Positions 27,536 to 40,338 of a stretch of 64,000 bases of DNA are shown here, one piece after another. The notes beneath the pieces were generated by a model, which saw only the letters and a list, made by a program, of their open reading frames with translations, did no database searches and had not been told where the DNA came from. Source of the DNA: Octopus vulgaris (lineage: Eukaryota); assembly GCA_951406725.2 (NCBI GenBank), contig OX597820.1, positions 85,250,001 to 85,314,000 on the forward strand, written 5' to 3'. Position numbers and translations under genes: made by a program. Position 1 is the stretch's first letter. Every line of letters starts with the position of its first letter.

Positions 27536-29307
27536 TTATTTGTGATAAAGACCGAAAAACGAAGTCTGTGTTTCGTTTTCAAACCAGGAATGTATTTCAA
27601 TATGGAAAATAAAATGTAGAAGCAGAGAATAAACTATTAAAAGTAGGTAAAATATCATTTCAAAATATCGCGATTGGACAACGTTGACAAAATCGAATGC
27701 ATGAACAATACATAGCAAGACTATACACATAAGGAGTTGAATAATTAACAGCTTTTGGGTGTCACCAAAACGCAGCGTAATTGATAGGTTGTAGGTCTGA
27801 CAAGCATAAGTTCGTGCATTTGATCGCTGATTGCTCTATGCGTTGTGTCTTTGACGGCGGCAATTTATTTTAAAGTTTGCTCAAGTATAGTCAGCTAAAA
27901 AATATAAGCAAATGTGTCTCGCCGAAGATGTCACATCCTCACATTCTCTGAGGGAAGTATGTGGTGATTAAGTACATATCAAATCATAATTGCTTTTGTT
28001 TTACTGCAAAGTTTATATATACGCACACAAGCACACGTAAAAAAAAACACACATTTACACACACCAATATCCCCGCATCCCCGCATAAATATACATATAT
28101 GTGCACGTGCGTGTGTGGGTGTGTGCATGTCTAAAGTTAAGATCAAAGAATCACAGTGTAGGAAGATAGTAAGACTCAAGCAGTAGAAGGCATTTACAAC
28201 AACGCTCATGAATAATAGTGGTTTATTGACGTAGGAGGTTGTAAATTTTTCCGGTTATGGAATTTTGAAAAGCTGGAAAATTGTTCGATCTATATATCTA
28301 AGTAAGTGTATGTGAGGCGTAGAGGCTTTATTATTTACATATACGTACGAAATTCCTCCTATGTTCTTACCAAATATCAATGTATATCATCTTACATATT
28401 GTAAATTGTATTGCTTTTTGAGCTTTGTCTGATGAGATGAACATAGATCACATGCGATGTGTTGTGTCATTATACAATCATTTATATTCATATCCATATC
28501 AATATTCCTGACGGATGTGAGTCATGTAATGTTGAAATAATCGAATGGAAGAAAAATAAATGTATTACTATAAATTCTTGTTTTCAATTATACATACAAC
28601 AACACAAACACACGCACACACGCACACATAGACACACACAAACTAAAAACCATAGTTATATATGAAAATAGATCGCGGGATATGTTAGCAGTTCCTCCGG
28701 GTTGTCCAGCCAACAGTGTGACCACATATGATTCTATTGGGCGAATAAAGTCATCTTAATCGAATAAAATGTGCGGAAATAAGGATTTGGTTAAGAATTT
28801 GTATCCAAGTGCATCTCACAAAATTTGCAACGAGACCAGGAAAAAGAGAGACATGGCAATCCATAATGGATAACATTATAACTTCATATTATACCGCTTA
28901 TGTTCTTCATGGAACATTTACTTTTCAATCAATATATGTGTATTAGTATACACACACACACACACATATATACATGCATATATATATATATATGCATATA
29001 TATAAATATATATATATAAATATATATGTATAAATATATACATATATATAAATACATATATATACATAAATATTTATATACATACATATATGTATATTCA
29101 TTAATAGCTATATATGCATTCATATATGTCTATATACGTGTGTGTGTGTGTCGCGCGCTTGTGTACGTGTGTGTGTGTGTGTGCTTTTGACAAAGTGAAA
29201 AATAAATAAGTCTGATTTTTTTCCACTTTAATGGTTATGTGTTTACAAATCATTATATATATAAGTGTGTGGGTGTACATGGAGCTGGTGGAGGGGTTGT
29301 ATTTATA

Positions 29308-29382
<75 letters not shown>

Positions 29383-29601
29383 TTTTGTGTGTGTGTGTGT
29401 GTGTGTATGTGTGTAAGAGTTTCTGCAAAAAATAATTCAATACTCTCGGAATGTTTAAAGAAATATATTCTTAAAAATTAGCTTTTTAAAATAAAAAAAA
29501 ATTATTCACGTTACTATGGTTTTTCTAGTATATTTTCAATTAGTTTGCAACTTTTAAGAAATTCTTTCTTCAAATTTATGTAAGTGTATTATGAATATAT
29601 A

Positions 29602-29676
<75 letters not shown>

Positions 29677-30069
29677 TAGTGTGTGTATAGATATATGTCT
29701 ATATGCATGTATTCCTGTATTTTTTTCTTTTTGTTACCCCTTCCAATGAAAGTAATGATGGAAGTTTTAAAAGGTTTTGAACTGACTGCAGAATGTCGAA
29801 TACCACCAATTAAAACTTATGCGTTCTTAATAACATAACTTTCCGAATAGTCATAACTCAACACTCACCGACATTCAGTCTCACATTCATCCTCCAGTTA
29901 GTTGTAGAAGAAAATATCATTTCATTAAAATGATTCAGTACCTTCCTACTACCTGAAGAGTTCACTATTTCTACCATTTTGATTAAATCTTTGTGCTCAG
30001 CTTATATTCAATTCGAATGCATTAACCTACTAATTGAACATAGCAAGTGATCTGTTATCTTGTAATGTG

Positions 30070-30430
30070 TAGGCGCAATGGCCCAGTAGTTAGGGCAGCG
30101 GACTCGCGGTTTCGATTCCCAGACCGGGCTTTGAGAGTGTTTATTGAACGAAGACACCTAAAATTCCACGAGGCTCCGACAAGGGGTGGTGGCGAACCCT
30201 GCTGTATTCTTTAACCACAACTTTCTCTCACTTTTTTCATGTTTCTATTATACATGTATTTCAAAGGGCCAGCATTGTCACACTTTGTGTCACTGTGATA
30301 TCTCCGAGAACTACGTTAAGGCTACACGTGTCTGTGGAATGCTCAGTCAGTTGCAGGCTAATTTCAGGAGCAGGCTGTTCCGTTGATCGGGTAACTGGAA
30401 CCCTCGTCAGCGTAACCGTCGGAGTGCCAC
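30070..30430 (+). mobile_element. tRNA-derived SINE, family A
   Basis: Colinear with 3415-3802, with a small deletion in the head. Confidence 0.88.
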
Positions 30431-30522
30431 CAGTAACACTCCAAAACGACATAACTTCATTTATCAAGTTGTAGAGAAAATCTTTTATATTCAGCACACC
30501 ACCTGCTAAAGCAGAATCTATA

Positions 30523-31440
30523 TATTGTGTCATCCCATAAATAATGGGATCTTTTTTCAATTGCATAAACTAAAATCAGAGAGATACGGGATAAGCTACT
30601 TGCATCAACCGGTTATAAATGCAGGTAGTAAGTTTACTTTGTCCTTATTCTTTATGCAAGTTTTAAAGAATACCGTTCGATTTGAACAGTTATTTTTTCA
30701 AAGCTATAATGGAAGTGACAAAGGAGCCTATTCGGCATATTTTGCTTTATGTGTTCAAGAAAGGTAACAACACAACGGAAAGTGTGAGGAATATTAATCC
30801 AGTATATGGGGATCGGACAATAAGTGTAATCCAACTTCAACGGTGTTTCCAGAAATTCGGAGCCGGAACCTACAGCCAAGGAGACGAGTCTCGTCCTGGA
30901 ATATCTGCAGAGCTCGACGCGGATGTCTTGCGAACCCTGGTGGGAAAAGAATCCCACCATAACTGCAGAGAAGATTGGATTTGGTCATTCAACTATTCAT
31001 TGACGCCTGCTCAAGAACGAAAACGACCATCTTTGGTTTGAAGACAAAAGGTGTTCTTCCATCAGGATAATTCTCGGCCACATACAGCGAGGATGACTAA
31101 TCCCAAAAGTGGGAGCAGTTTAAATGGGAAAGGATGTCCCACCCAACATATTGGCCGACATTTCTCCACCTGATAATCTGTTATTCCGCAGTCTTCAAAA
31201 TCATTTGTACGGAAAAATTATGGATTCTGTAGACGATTGAAAAACAGTACTGGAGGAGTATTTTCATCACGGACAAGTGAATTTTGGAAGAGGGACCTTG
31301 CACATACGCCAGAGAGATGGAAGTGCATTTTAGAAAATGAAGGAGATTATATTTTATATCAAAAATGACGTTGTTTATCCTAATTTTGAAAAATAAAAGG
31401 AATATAACAAAAAATGCATTGTATATGGGATGACCCATAA
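30523..31440 (+). mobile_element. Internally deleted mariner transposon with both TIRs
   Basis: TIRs ta|ttgtgtcatcccataaataatg and cattgtatatgggatgacccataa. MEVTKEPIRHILLYVFKKGNNTTESVRNINPVYGDRTIS...RCFQKF...DESRPG (Mos1-type HTH), VFFHQDNSRPHTARMT, and a degenerate HPPYSPD region. Confidence 0.9.
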
Positions 31441-32167
31441 TGTGATTTCGATATTCTACATCTGTGATAGGTATGTATCTATGGTGTATGCCTTTATATA
31501 GGTACGTATTAATGTAAGTATATCATACCGTGCAAAATAGCAAAATAACGACATTTTCAATGACAGAATGACTTCCATTGCAGTTCTGCTCGATTAGGGC
31601 TTCACTGCATCAAACTGATAGCATCAACAATAACTACAATAATAGCAATAACAATAACAATAACACCTCGATATCACGATCATCAACTGGCACTGCAGAA
31701 CATAATTAGTTATTTTTAAATAACCTCTAGATTTGAACACATATCGTAAATGAACAGGTGTATTTCGCACATTCGCTCTACAATATCTGCTACTGCTTAC
31801 TTTCCATAGAAACACATGTTCCTTCGGAAGATGACGCAACTGATATATGATGCCCACATATTCAGATTGCAAGATGAGATTGCATCTAATCTCATATATT
31901 AAGTATTGATTTTCTTGAATGCCTCAAAACTCTGCTTGTTCAATATTACATAGGAAATCCGATATTTATATTAAAAATGCCTGTAGATTTCTCAGAGAAC
32001 AGGGAACTTTTCCTAATGGATTACATTACCTTTACAAATAGAATCATTTTAAGACTCATAGCTGAAAATTATATGTAGTCAGTGGACAAAATATATATAT
32101 ATGTACCAGTCATGTGATTCTGCATTAAGTTTCAACTCGCTGTTATCGTTCTGTTTCAGAAGATCAC

Positions 32168-32360
32168 GGTGGCGAGCAGTCAAAACAGTAAGTACGAGAA
32201 AACGCTTAACGAAGTTTCTTCCTGCTCTTAATATTCTGAGTTCAAATATCGCGAGATCACGTTCGCCGTTCATCCTATCGATGTCGGTAAACGAAAGTGT
32301 CAGGCAAGAATTGGGATTTGACTTTCCTCTCTTTGCGAAATTGGTGGTCTTCTACAAAAT
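32168..32360 (+). mobile_element. tRNA-derived SINE, family B (degenerate)
   Basis: ggtggcgagcagtcaaaa...ttctgagttcaaatatcgcgag...ttcatcctatcgatgtcggtaa. Confidence 0.55.
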
Positions 32361-32421
32361 TAAAATGATTTTATATCAGTCACAATATTTACACACACAA
32401 TCGTACACCCAGATGCTTTCG

Positions 32422-32480
<59 letters not shown>

Positions 32481-32741
32481 AATACATATATATATACACA
32501 CGCACATATATAGATATATATACGTATATAAATAATTAAATATATACATATATATACATAAGCATATGTACTCACACACGCAAGCACGCACATATAAACA
32601 CACACATACATATGAATATATATATACGTACATATATATATCTATTTGTTATTTGTATACATATCTTTCTCTATGTATATGTGTGTGTGTGTGGGGGGGG
32701 TGTTTGTGTTTGTGTGTGTGTCTATAGAAGAAGATGACACA

Positions 32742-33042
32742 ATAGAGAGGTAATTAATATAATTTTATTTATTATTTAAAAAATTGACAAACATCCTTTA
32801 CATTTGTTTCAATTCCCGACCTTCAGAAAATTAATTAATTAGATTAAAACTTAGTTGAAAGTCGAATCTCTTCAGAGGTAGTTTAAGATATACAAAATAG
32901 GTGTTCAATTCCTGCACGCTGAGTAAACAGCTGCAAACGCTAATTAATTAATTTTCTGATGGGGGGGAATTGAAACAACTGTAAGGGATGTTTGCCAATT
33001 TTTTGATTAATAAACAATAATTAATTAATTACCTCTCTATTT
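32742..33042. mobile_element. PLE-like pseudo-LTR fragment with an inverted partial copy and a decayed hammerhead
   Basis: About 100-bp imperfect inverted arms (32742-32842 / 32939-33041). The minus strand reads cct-CTGAAGA-gattc...gaatt-GAAA-caaatg-TA-aagg. Confidence 0.6.
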
Positions 33043-33303
33043 TCTTATCTTATTATAATAAATAAATATATATAAACCACGGTTAATATAGTTATCTTGC
33101 AGTTGAGTATTAACTGTAAAGTTCAATATTCTTTGTATAGTTAACTAACCAGTCCTTTCATAGGATTTTGCAGTCCTGCATGAAGTTTGTAACCTTTATT
33201 TGTGCTATGTATATATATATATTCAAAATCTAATCACATGTGACTTGTGGGAAGTCTTTTTTCTCTCCGTCTTCCTTTTCTATTGGACTGTCTTCTGTCC
33301 CCT

Positions 33304-33338
33304 GTTTCTGAAGAAGAGCATTTCTCGAAACGTAAAAC
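33304..33338 (+). ncRNA. Minimal type I hammerhead-like motif (extra A after the core)
   Basis: gttt-CTGAAGA-a-gag-cattt-ctc-GAAA-CG-TA-aaac: helix I gttt/aaac, helix II gag/ctc, palindromic ACGT in place of helix III. Confidence 0.55.
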
Positions 33339-35443
33339 CACCATTCTTTCCTTCCCTGAGCGTCTGCTCATAGTTTACATGTACCATGTCCTCGCATTGT
33401 TGATTTTGTGTTTGCTTTTCGTTTTTAGGAATTAATATATATATTCCATGTCTCTTTTAATTTCTCTACTTTCGCCCTTAAGTTACCTTCCTACCTCTCT
33501 TATTCGTTACTATTTTCCTCCAATTTTAGCTTCTTTCATTGCCTCTATCTTTAGCCGAGTGTTAATACCGCGCTTCGTTTAATCTTTCTCCCTTTCCTCC
33601 ATCCTTTCTTTAACGTTCCTATTTTTAAAATAGGAACATTGAAATCTTGACTAAATGCAATTTTCCGTCACTTGTATTGACGATTTCTATCTTAAAATAT
33701 GTGATTGGAAATTAAAGACGAATTGAAGAAATATAGCTGTAAAGTTCCCTGCAAATTCTAGTTAAAAAGAAAGCGCCAATTTAAGTACAAAAAATGTGGT
33801 AATGTAAACAAAAGAGAGAGCGAGAGTACCAGAAAACAGAAAGAAACAGAGATAGAAAAAATGTGAGCGATTGAAAGAGATCATACATCACTCAAAGATC
33901 AATTTTGTTAAAGTTTTCAAGCGTTCATGAAATTGTCATTGATTAAAACACGATACTGTCACTAGAATATGCATATGCGTTCAATGCATCATATAGTAAT
34001 GCAGTACTGTCATCAGAGAGAGATACAAACAGCAAGAAGTGCCATTATTCCGAAGTGCGAAGACAACATTGTCAAAATATAATAAACTGTTCCTTATGGA
34101 TATTTGTGGCCAGATCAAAATTTTATAGAATATTTCACTTGTATGGTAGTTTATGCCTATTAGATCTTGTGATATGACAATTCTTTGGGCAATTTGCATC
34201 AAAGTCAAATTCTCTTTTGCAGTTTGCAGTTAACTTATTTTTCTAAGATGCAGTCTCAGGGATTGTGCTGCGGTAGAACGCATCAAAAAAAGTAATGTCT
34301 GTCATTACTCATTATATCAAAAATGTGCTCATTTTTGATATAATCGACTTAGCTAAATGTTGATTGTGCGATGTTTGTTATCATTTTAATAACTGTTGGG
34401 AAAAATTATTTCCTTTATGAAGTCTTACGCTACGAAGAATCCTTGGCAATATTTAAGCCTTCTCAAGACAAAGCAATTTGAGAGTGTTGCATCATGTTGG
34501 AAATATACATTCCTCAATGCTCACGGCTGGATGCTGAAGTACTTTAAAAAGATATAAAAAGCTACAAGTTCAGACGTCTCGAACTAGCTGTCGAACCTGA
34601 AATGGGTTTTATAGTATTTGTGACGCAAAGGAGACATTTTGTCAAGAATCTTCTTTGAGCGTATTTACGTATGTAGTGTTGAACGACGCCTCATTGTAGT
34701 TCATACATACACCTAGGTCATATTGAAGCTATCATATTGTCTCACAAGTAGCCGATCAGCATGTTCCATATCACAGGTACATATATATCTGACAATATAA
34801 AAAGTTAATAAAATGGGGAGTAGAGCCGTGTATTGTAATATTTCCCTCATACTAATTGACATTTCAGATACTTCTCTCCTACTAAAAGCTATTCAGAGTA
34901 ATCAGTGATCCGAATATTTATAGCTTACTGTTTTGCAACGATTTTTCATTGTATGACCAGTTAACATGATTGGACTTTTCAACACAGATTTGAAATCATT
35001 GTATAGATAATACTTGAACAAGGTAAAAAATTTGTTGTTTAACATTTTTTTCTATCGCAGAAGCTGTGTCAGGTATGTATAATCAAAACGCACTTGTCGA
35101 TTTAAGTCTTGTATTACTCTGCAAAGTAGGACATATTTGCACCTAGTAAAATCAGTATTCCATAACGAAAGACTGTTATTGAATGGACAAGGCTGCGTTG
35201 CTAAAACAAAGTGGAAAGCTAAAGAACATGAATAAATAAACATACTAAATCACGCGCATATAGATAAGGGCATAAAAAAATTCACACACACATGCACAGA
35301 ATATACATGTCTGTTAATTTCCCCTAGGGAATTTATTCAATGTATTCAACACGGAAATCCATTACCATCGGTCGATTTACACTCTATACGTGTTTCGGAA
35401 CACGAATATTGCTAACAGACCCAGACAGACACACAAACAGACA

Positions 35444-35479
<36 letters not shown>

Positions 35480-35664
35480 AACACACACACATGCACATAC
35501 ATACATAAACACACACAAAAAGAGCATTTACCCGGTTATTTTAGCGGTCGGTTCTCTCAATATTTCCATATATATATATATATATATCCTTAAATATATG
35601 TGCGGTTGTGCGTGTGCATCTATGTACATATTCATAAGTGTACCTATACAAATATACAAATAAA

Positions 35665-36106
35665 CAATGGTCCAGTGGTTAGGGCAGCGGACTCGCGGTC
35701 GTAGGTACGAGGTTTCGATTCCCAGACCAGATGTTGTGAGTGTTTATTGAGCGAAAACAACTAAAAAGCTCCACGAGTCTCCGGCAGGGGGTGGTGGCGA
35801 TCCTTACTGTACTCTTTCGCCACAACTTTCTCTCACTCTTTCTTCTGTTGTCTAACATTTTTGTTGTCTAACATTTTTTTCTATCGCAGAAGCTGTGTCA
35901 GGTATGTATAATCAAAACGCACTTGTCGATTTAAGTCTTGTATTACTCTGCAAAGTAGGACATATTTGCATCTAGTGAAATCAGTATTCCATAACGAAAG
36001 ACTGTTATTGAATGGGGTGGCATCATTTGAAGGTTAAAACAATGTGAAGCACTTTGTGACCAACGATGTGTAGCAACATCTGATAGTCTGGTCTGTCACG
36101 TGAACG

Positions 36107-36110
<4 letters not shown>
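35665..36110 (+). mobile_element. tRNA-derived SINE, family A, interrupted by a locally templated insertion
   Basis: SINE head 35665-35847; 35863-36015 copies 35034-35186; a probable SINE tail follows at 36016-36110. Confidence 0.8.
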
Positions 36111-36175
<65 letters not shown>

Positions 36176-36344
36176 ATAGATAGATAAGAAAGTTGGTTTG
36201 TGAAAGCACGTGGTTGAATATATAGAAAATAGTAAAAAGTGAAAAGACTAGAGAAGGCTTGTTTTAAAAGGTTAAAGAATATATATTTAAGTCAATATGT
36301 CTGAAGAATATTATAAATTTTTTTCTTACAATGACATAATTTAG

Positions 36345-36383
36345 AAGAAAGACCAGTTTCGCGTTTAGCTTTTCAAATTTCTT
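36345..36383 (-). ncRNA. Minimal hammerhead, U3-A8 variant (inverted pLTR copy)
   Basis: Reverse complement of 37528-37566. Confidence 0.5.
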
Positions 36384-37527
36384 ACGTCGTTATGTTTATG
36401 TTTCGAAGAGTTATCGTTATGTTTATGTTGAAAAGAGTTCTAAATAAGGGGAGGTAATAAGTGATTTCTTCCGATGTAAGGGAGATAATCGCTTAATTTT
36501 TTTTTCCTTTCCTTTGGGGTGAATTTCTGTGTATAAGTATGTTGGAATGGTTAAGTCTGGGCTTGTACTTTTCAATGAAGAATGTTTCATTGTTTAATCT
36601 AGTTTGTGTTGATGATCCGATAGCACATTGGTAGAATGTAAGGTAGTATTTTCGAGGAAGGTGTGTTGTTGTGTTGAACTTTTCTTAAAGTTTCTATGTT
36701 GATTTCTGTTGCACGTCTGATCCCATCCTATAGAGGATGGGATCAGACGTGCAACAGAAATCAACATAGAAACATATCTACATACAACCCCAGAAACAAA
36801 GAAGCCTTCACCATCATCACCCAGAATTTACCAATACTTCATAAGGACCCCAAATTAAAGGAAATTCTAAACATACACCAAATCATTAAAAGCTACAAAC
36901 AACCTAAATCACTTAAAAAGATTCTCACAAAGGCAAAATTGTTTTCTGAAATTACGGATGCAAAAGTAAAAAAATGTGGTAGACCGAACTGTGCAACATG
37001 TCCAAACCTGCTAGAAGGATCAGAATTCCTCTTCAAAGAGGGACAGAAATTCAAGATCAAATCTAATTTTACTTGTGCCTCTGAAAACCTAATTTATATC
37101 ATAAGGTGCTCGGGCTGCCACTAAGACTACGTGGGATCCACGGGACTATCACTCAGACGTAGATGCACACTGCATCGACAACAGATTGCATTCCCAGAAT
37201 ACAGAATGATACCTTTTAGTGAGCACATCGAGAAATGCGCAAAGCAACTACTACCACAATTTTTAATCTTTCCATTTTACCAATGTGTTATCGGATCATC
37301 AACACAAACTAGACTAAACAAGGAAACATTCTTCATTGAAAAGTACAAGCCCAGACTTAACCATTCCAACATACTTATACACAGAAATTCACCCCAAAGG
37401 AAAGGAAAAAAAATTTAAGCGATTATCTCCCTTACACCGGAAGAAATCACTTATTACCTCCCCTTATTTAGAACTCTCTTCAACATAAACATAACGATAA
37501 CTCTTCGAAACATAAACATAACGACGT

Positions 37528-37566
37528 AAGAAATTTGAAAAGCTAAACGCGAAACTGGTCTTTCTT
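37528..37566 (+). ncRNA. Minimal hammerhead, U3-A8 variant, in the PLE 3' end
   Basis: aagaaa(t)-TTGAAAA-gc-taaac-gc-GAAA-ctgg-TC-tttctt. Confidence 0.55.
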
Positions 37567-37679
37567 CTAAACTATGTCATTGTAAGAAAAAAATTTATAA
37601 TATTCTTCAGACATATTGACTTAAGTATATATTCTTTAACCTTTTAAAACAATCCTTCTGTAGTTTTTTCACTTTTTAC

Positions 37680-37770
<91 letters not shown>

Positions 37771-38035
37771 CATACATACACATACAAACACACACACTTG
37801 CACACACAAATATTTTCAAATAATAGACTTGCGATATTACCAGACGAACTAACTACAAAAAAAGAATCATGTCGTTGCAACTCAACAACGTAACTTTTCT
37901 TCGTCTTTCATATAGAGTTGCTGCAAATTGCTGGGACTTTCAACGTTACGATGTTAGAAATTACATTCACTCATTCGGATCCGAAACTCAAAACATGCTA
38001 CCAGGTGCATCGAAGCTATGCAACATGCACGCCTA

Positions 38036-38095
<60 letters not shown>

Positions 38096-38566
38096 AAGGG
38101 ATGTCCACTAAGTTCTTCAGAATGTTCTCTAGAGAACATTCTTTTCTTTGTGGTTAGATCGTAGGTTATCTATTTCTAGCATATCGGATGTCCACTTCGT
38201 GGTCATCCATTCTAATACGCATGTAATACAACTTTTCTGAATTTTCAGATTTTTCTATATACTAGGCTACTGGTTTTAAATTGATGTTAAATTAATATTC
38301 AATTTATCACCCTCATTATATATATATATATATATATAATTAATCAATATAGGGTGCCAAAAAAAATTTTGTAGAATTCTTTTGCCACCAGCGGCCTAGT
38401 AGGAAAAAATTAAAATAGTCATAGACCATTTTTAAGTTCAACATCAACAATAAAGGAACGGCCATAATAGGCCATTCACCTACTAGAAATAACAGCCAAA
38501 GCTTCAACCGCAAATAAAAGTTAATTCAGTAAACCAGGAGAAAATTTAAAAAACATTTACCCTGTA

Positions 38567-38673
38567 ATTTCTTATACGATATACCGTTTCATCTGCTGAT
38601 TAATGGTAAACTAACCTGATTAAATTAAATCAAGCCAATCTTCCACAGGCCCTCAGATTCTTCAGTAAGAAAT
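38567..38673 (-). ncRNA. Type I hammerhead ribozyme (inverted unit)
   Basis: Reverse complement of 39124-39230. Confidence 0.85.
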
Positions 38674-39123
38674 AGCCCAAGACGGAACAGATATTTTCAC
38701 GAGGCATTTCCGACGTTGCCAAGTTTATATCTGACCTAAAATTTTCAAATCGTCGCACTCGCGCCAAATTTATCGGCAGCAAATAAATATAAGCCGTCGA
38801 TTCCATTACGGAATTAACCAGAAAATTCATAATTAATCAATATAGGGTGGCAAAAAAAATTTTGTAGAATTCTTTTGGTCTATGACTATTTTAATTTTTT
38901 CCTACTAGGCCGCTGGTGGCAAAAGAATTCTACAACATTTTTTTTGCCACCCTATATTGATTAATTATGAATTTTCTGGTTAATTCCGTAATGGAATCGA
39001 CGGCTTATATTTATTTGCTGCCGATAAATTTGGCGCGAGTGCGACGATTTGAAACTTTTAGGTCAGATATAAACTTGGCAACGTCGGAAATGCCTCGTGA
39101 AAATATCTGTTCCGTCTTGGGCT

Positions 39124-39230
39124 ATTTCTTACTGAAGAATCTGAGGGCCTGTGGAAGATTGGCTTGATTTAATTTAATCAGGTTAGTTTACCATTAATCA
39201 GCAGATGAAACGGTATATCGTATAAGAAAT
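39124..39230 (+). ncRNA. Type I hammerhead ribozyme, extended helix II (unit 1)
   Basis: Helix I atttctta/taagaaat (8 bp); CTGAAGA 39132-39138; helix II atctg/cagat closing ~58 nt; GAAA 39207-39210; cg-gtatat-cg; GTA 39220-39222. Confidence 0.88.
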
Positions 39231-39616
39231 TACAGGGTAAATGTTTTTTAAATTTTCTCCTGGTTTACTGAATTAACTTTTATTTGCGGTTGAAGCTTTG
39301 GCTGTTATTTCTAGTAGGTGAATGGCCTATTATGGCCGTTCCTTTATTGTTGATGTTGAACTTAAAAATGGTCTATGACTATTTTAATTTTTTCCTACTA
39401 GGCCGCTGGTGGCAGAAGAATTCTACAAAATTTTTTTTGCCACCCTATATTGATTAATTATGAATTTTCTGGTTAATTCCGTAATGGAATCGACGGCTTA
39501 TATTTATTTGCTGCCGATAAATTTGGCGCGAGTGCGACGATTTGAAACTTTTAGGTCAGATATAAACTTGGCAACGTCGGAAATGCCTCGTGAAAATATC
39601 TGTTCCGTCTTGGGCT

Positions 39617-39723
39617 ATTTCTTACTGAAGAATCTGAGGGCCTGTGGAAGATTGGCTTGATTTAATTTAATCAGGTTAGTTTACCATTAATCAGCAGATG
39701 AAACGGTATATCGTATAAGAAAT
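39617..39723 (+). ncRNA. Type I hammerhead ribozyme (unit 2)
   Basis: Same motif, offset by 493. Confidence 0.88.
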
Positions 39724-40109
39724 TACAGGGTAAATGTTTTTTAAATTTTCTCCTGGTTTACTGAATTAACTTTTATTTGCGGTTGAAGCTTTGGCTGTTA
39801 TTTCTAGTAGGTGAATGGCCTATTATGGCCGTTCCTTTATTGTTGATGTTGAACTTAAAAATGGTCTATGACTATTTTAATTTTTTCCTACTAGGCCGCT
39901 GGTGGCAAAAGAATTCTACAAAATTTTTTTTGCCACCCTATATTGATTAATTATGAATTTTCTGGTTAATTCCGTAATGGAATCGACGGCTTATATTTAT
40001 TTGCTGCCGATAAATTTGGCGCGAGTGCGACGATTTGAAAATTTTAGGTCAGATATAAACTTGGCAACGTCGGAAATGCCTCGTGAAAATATATGTTCCG
40101 TCTTGGGCT

Positions 40110-40216
40110 ATTTCTTACTGAAGAATCTGAGGGCCTGTGGAAGATTGGCTTGATTTAATTTAATCAGGTTAGTTTACCATTAATCAGCAGATGAAACGGT
40201 ATATCGTATAAGAAAT
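40110..40216 (+). ncRNA. Type I hammerhead ribozyme (unit 3)
   Basis: Same motif, offset by 986. Confidence 0.88.
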
Positions 40217-40338
40217 TACAGGGTAAATGTTTTTTAAATTTTCTCCTGGTTTACTGAATTAACTTTTATTTGCGGTTGAAGCTTTGGCTGTTATTTCTAG
40301 TAGGTGAATGGCCTATTATGGCCGTTCCTTTATTGTTG

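Larger units (their letters stand above)
36225..37688 (+). mobile_element. 5'-truncated Neptune-type Penelope-like element with an inverted 3' segment (GIY-YIG pseudogene)
   Basis: STYNPRNK...KCGRPNCATCP...NLIYIIRCSGCH*DYVGSTG (GIY-YIG, in-frame stop at 37122). Closely similar to 61890-62800. Region 36225-36637 is the reverse complement of ~37273-37688. Flanked by (TA)n. Confidence 0.92.

Noticed and set aside
38967-39167. Repeated 66-aa ORF (MNFLVNSVMES...) as a protein-coding gene
   Set aside because: It recurs only because the unit is repeated. It has no recognisable motif, overlaps the ribozyme, and the corresponding part of the diverged 4.1-kb copy does not preserve it well.
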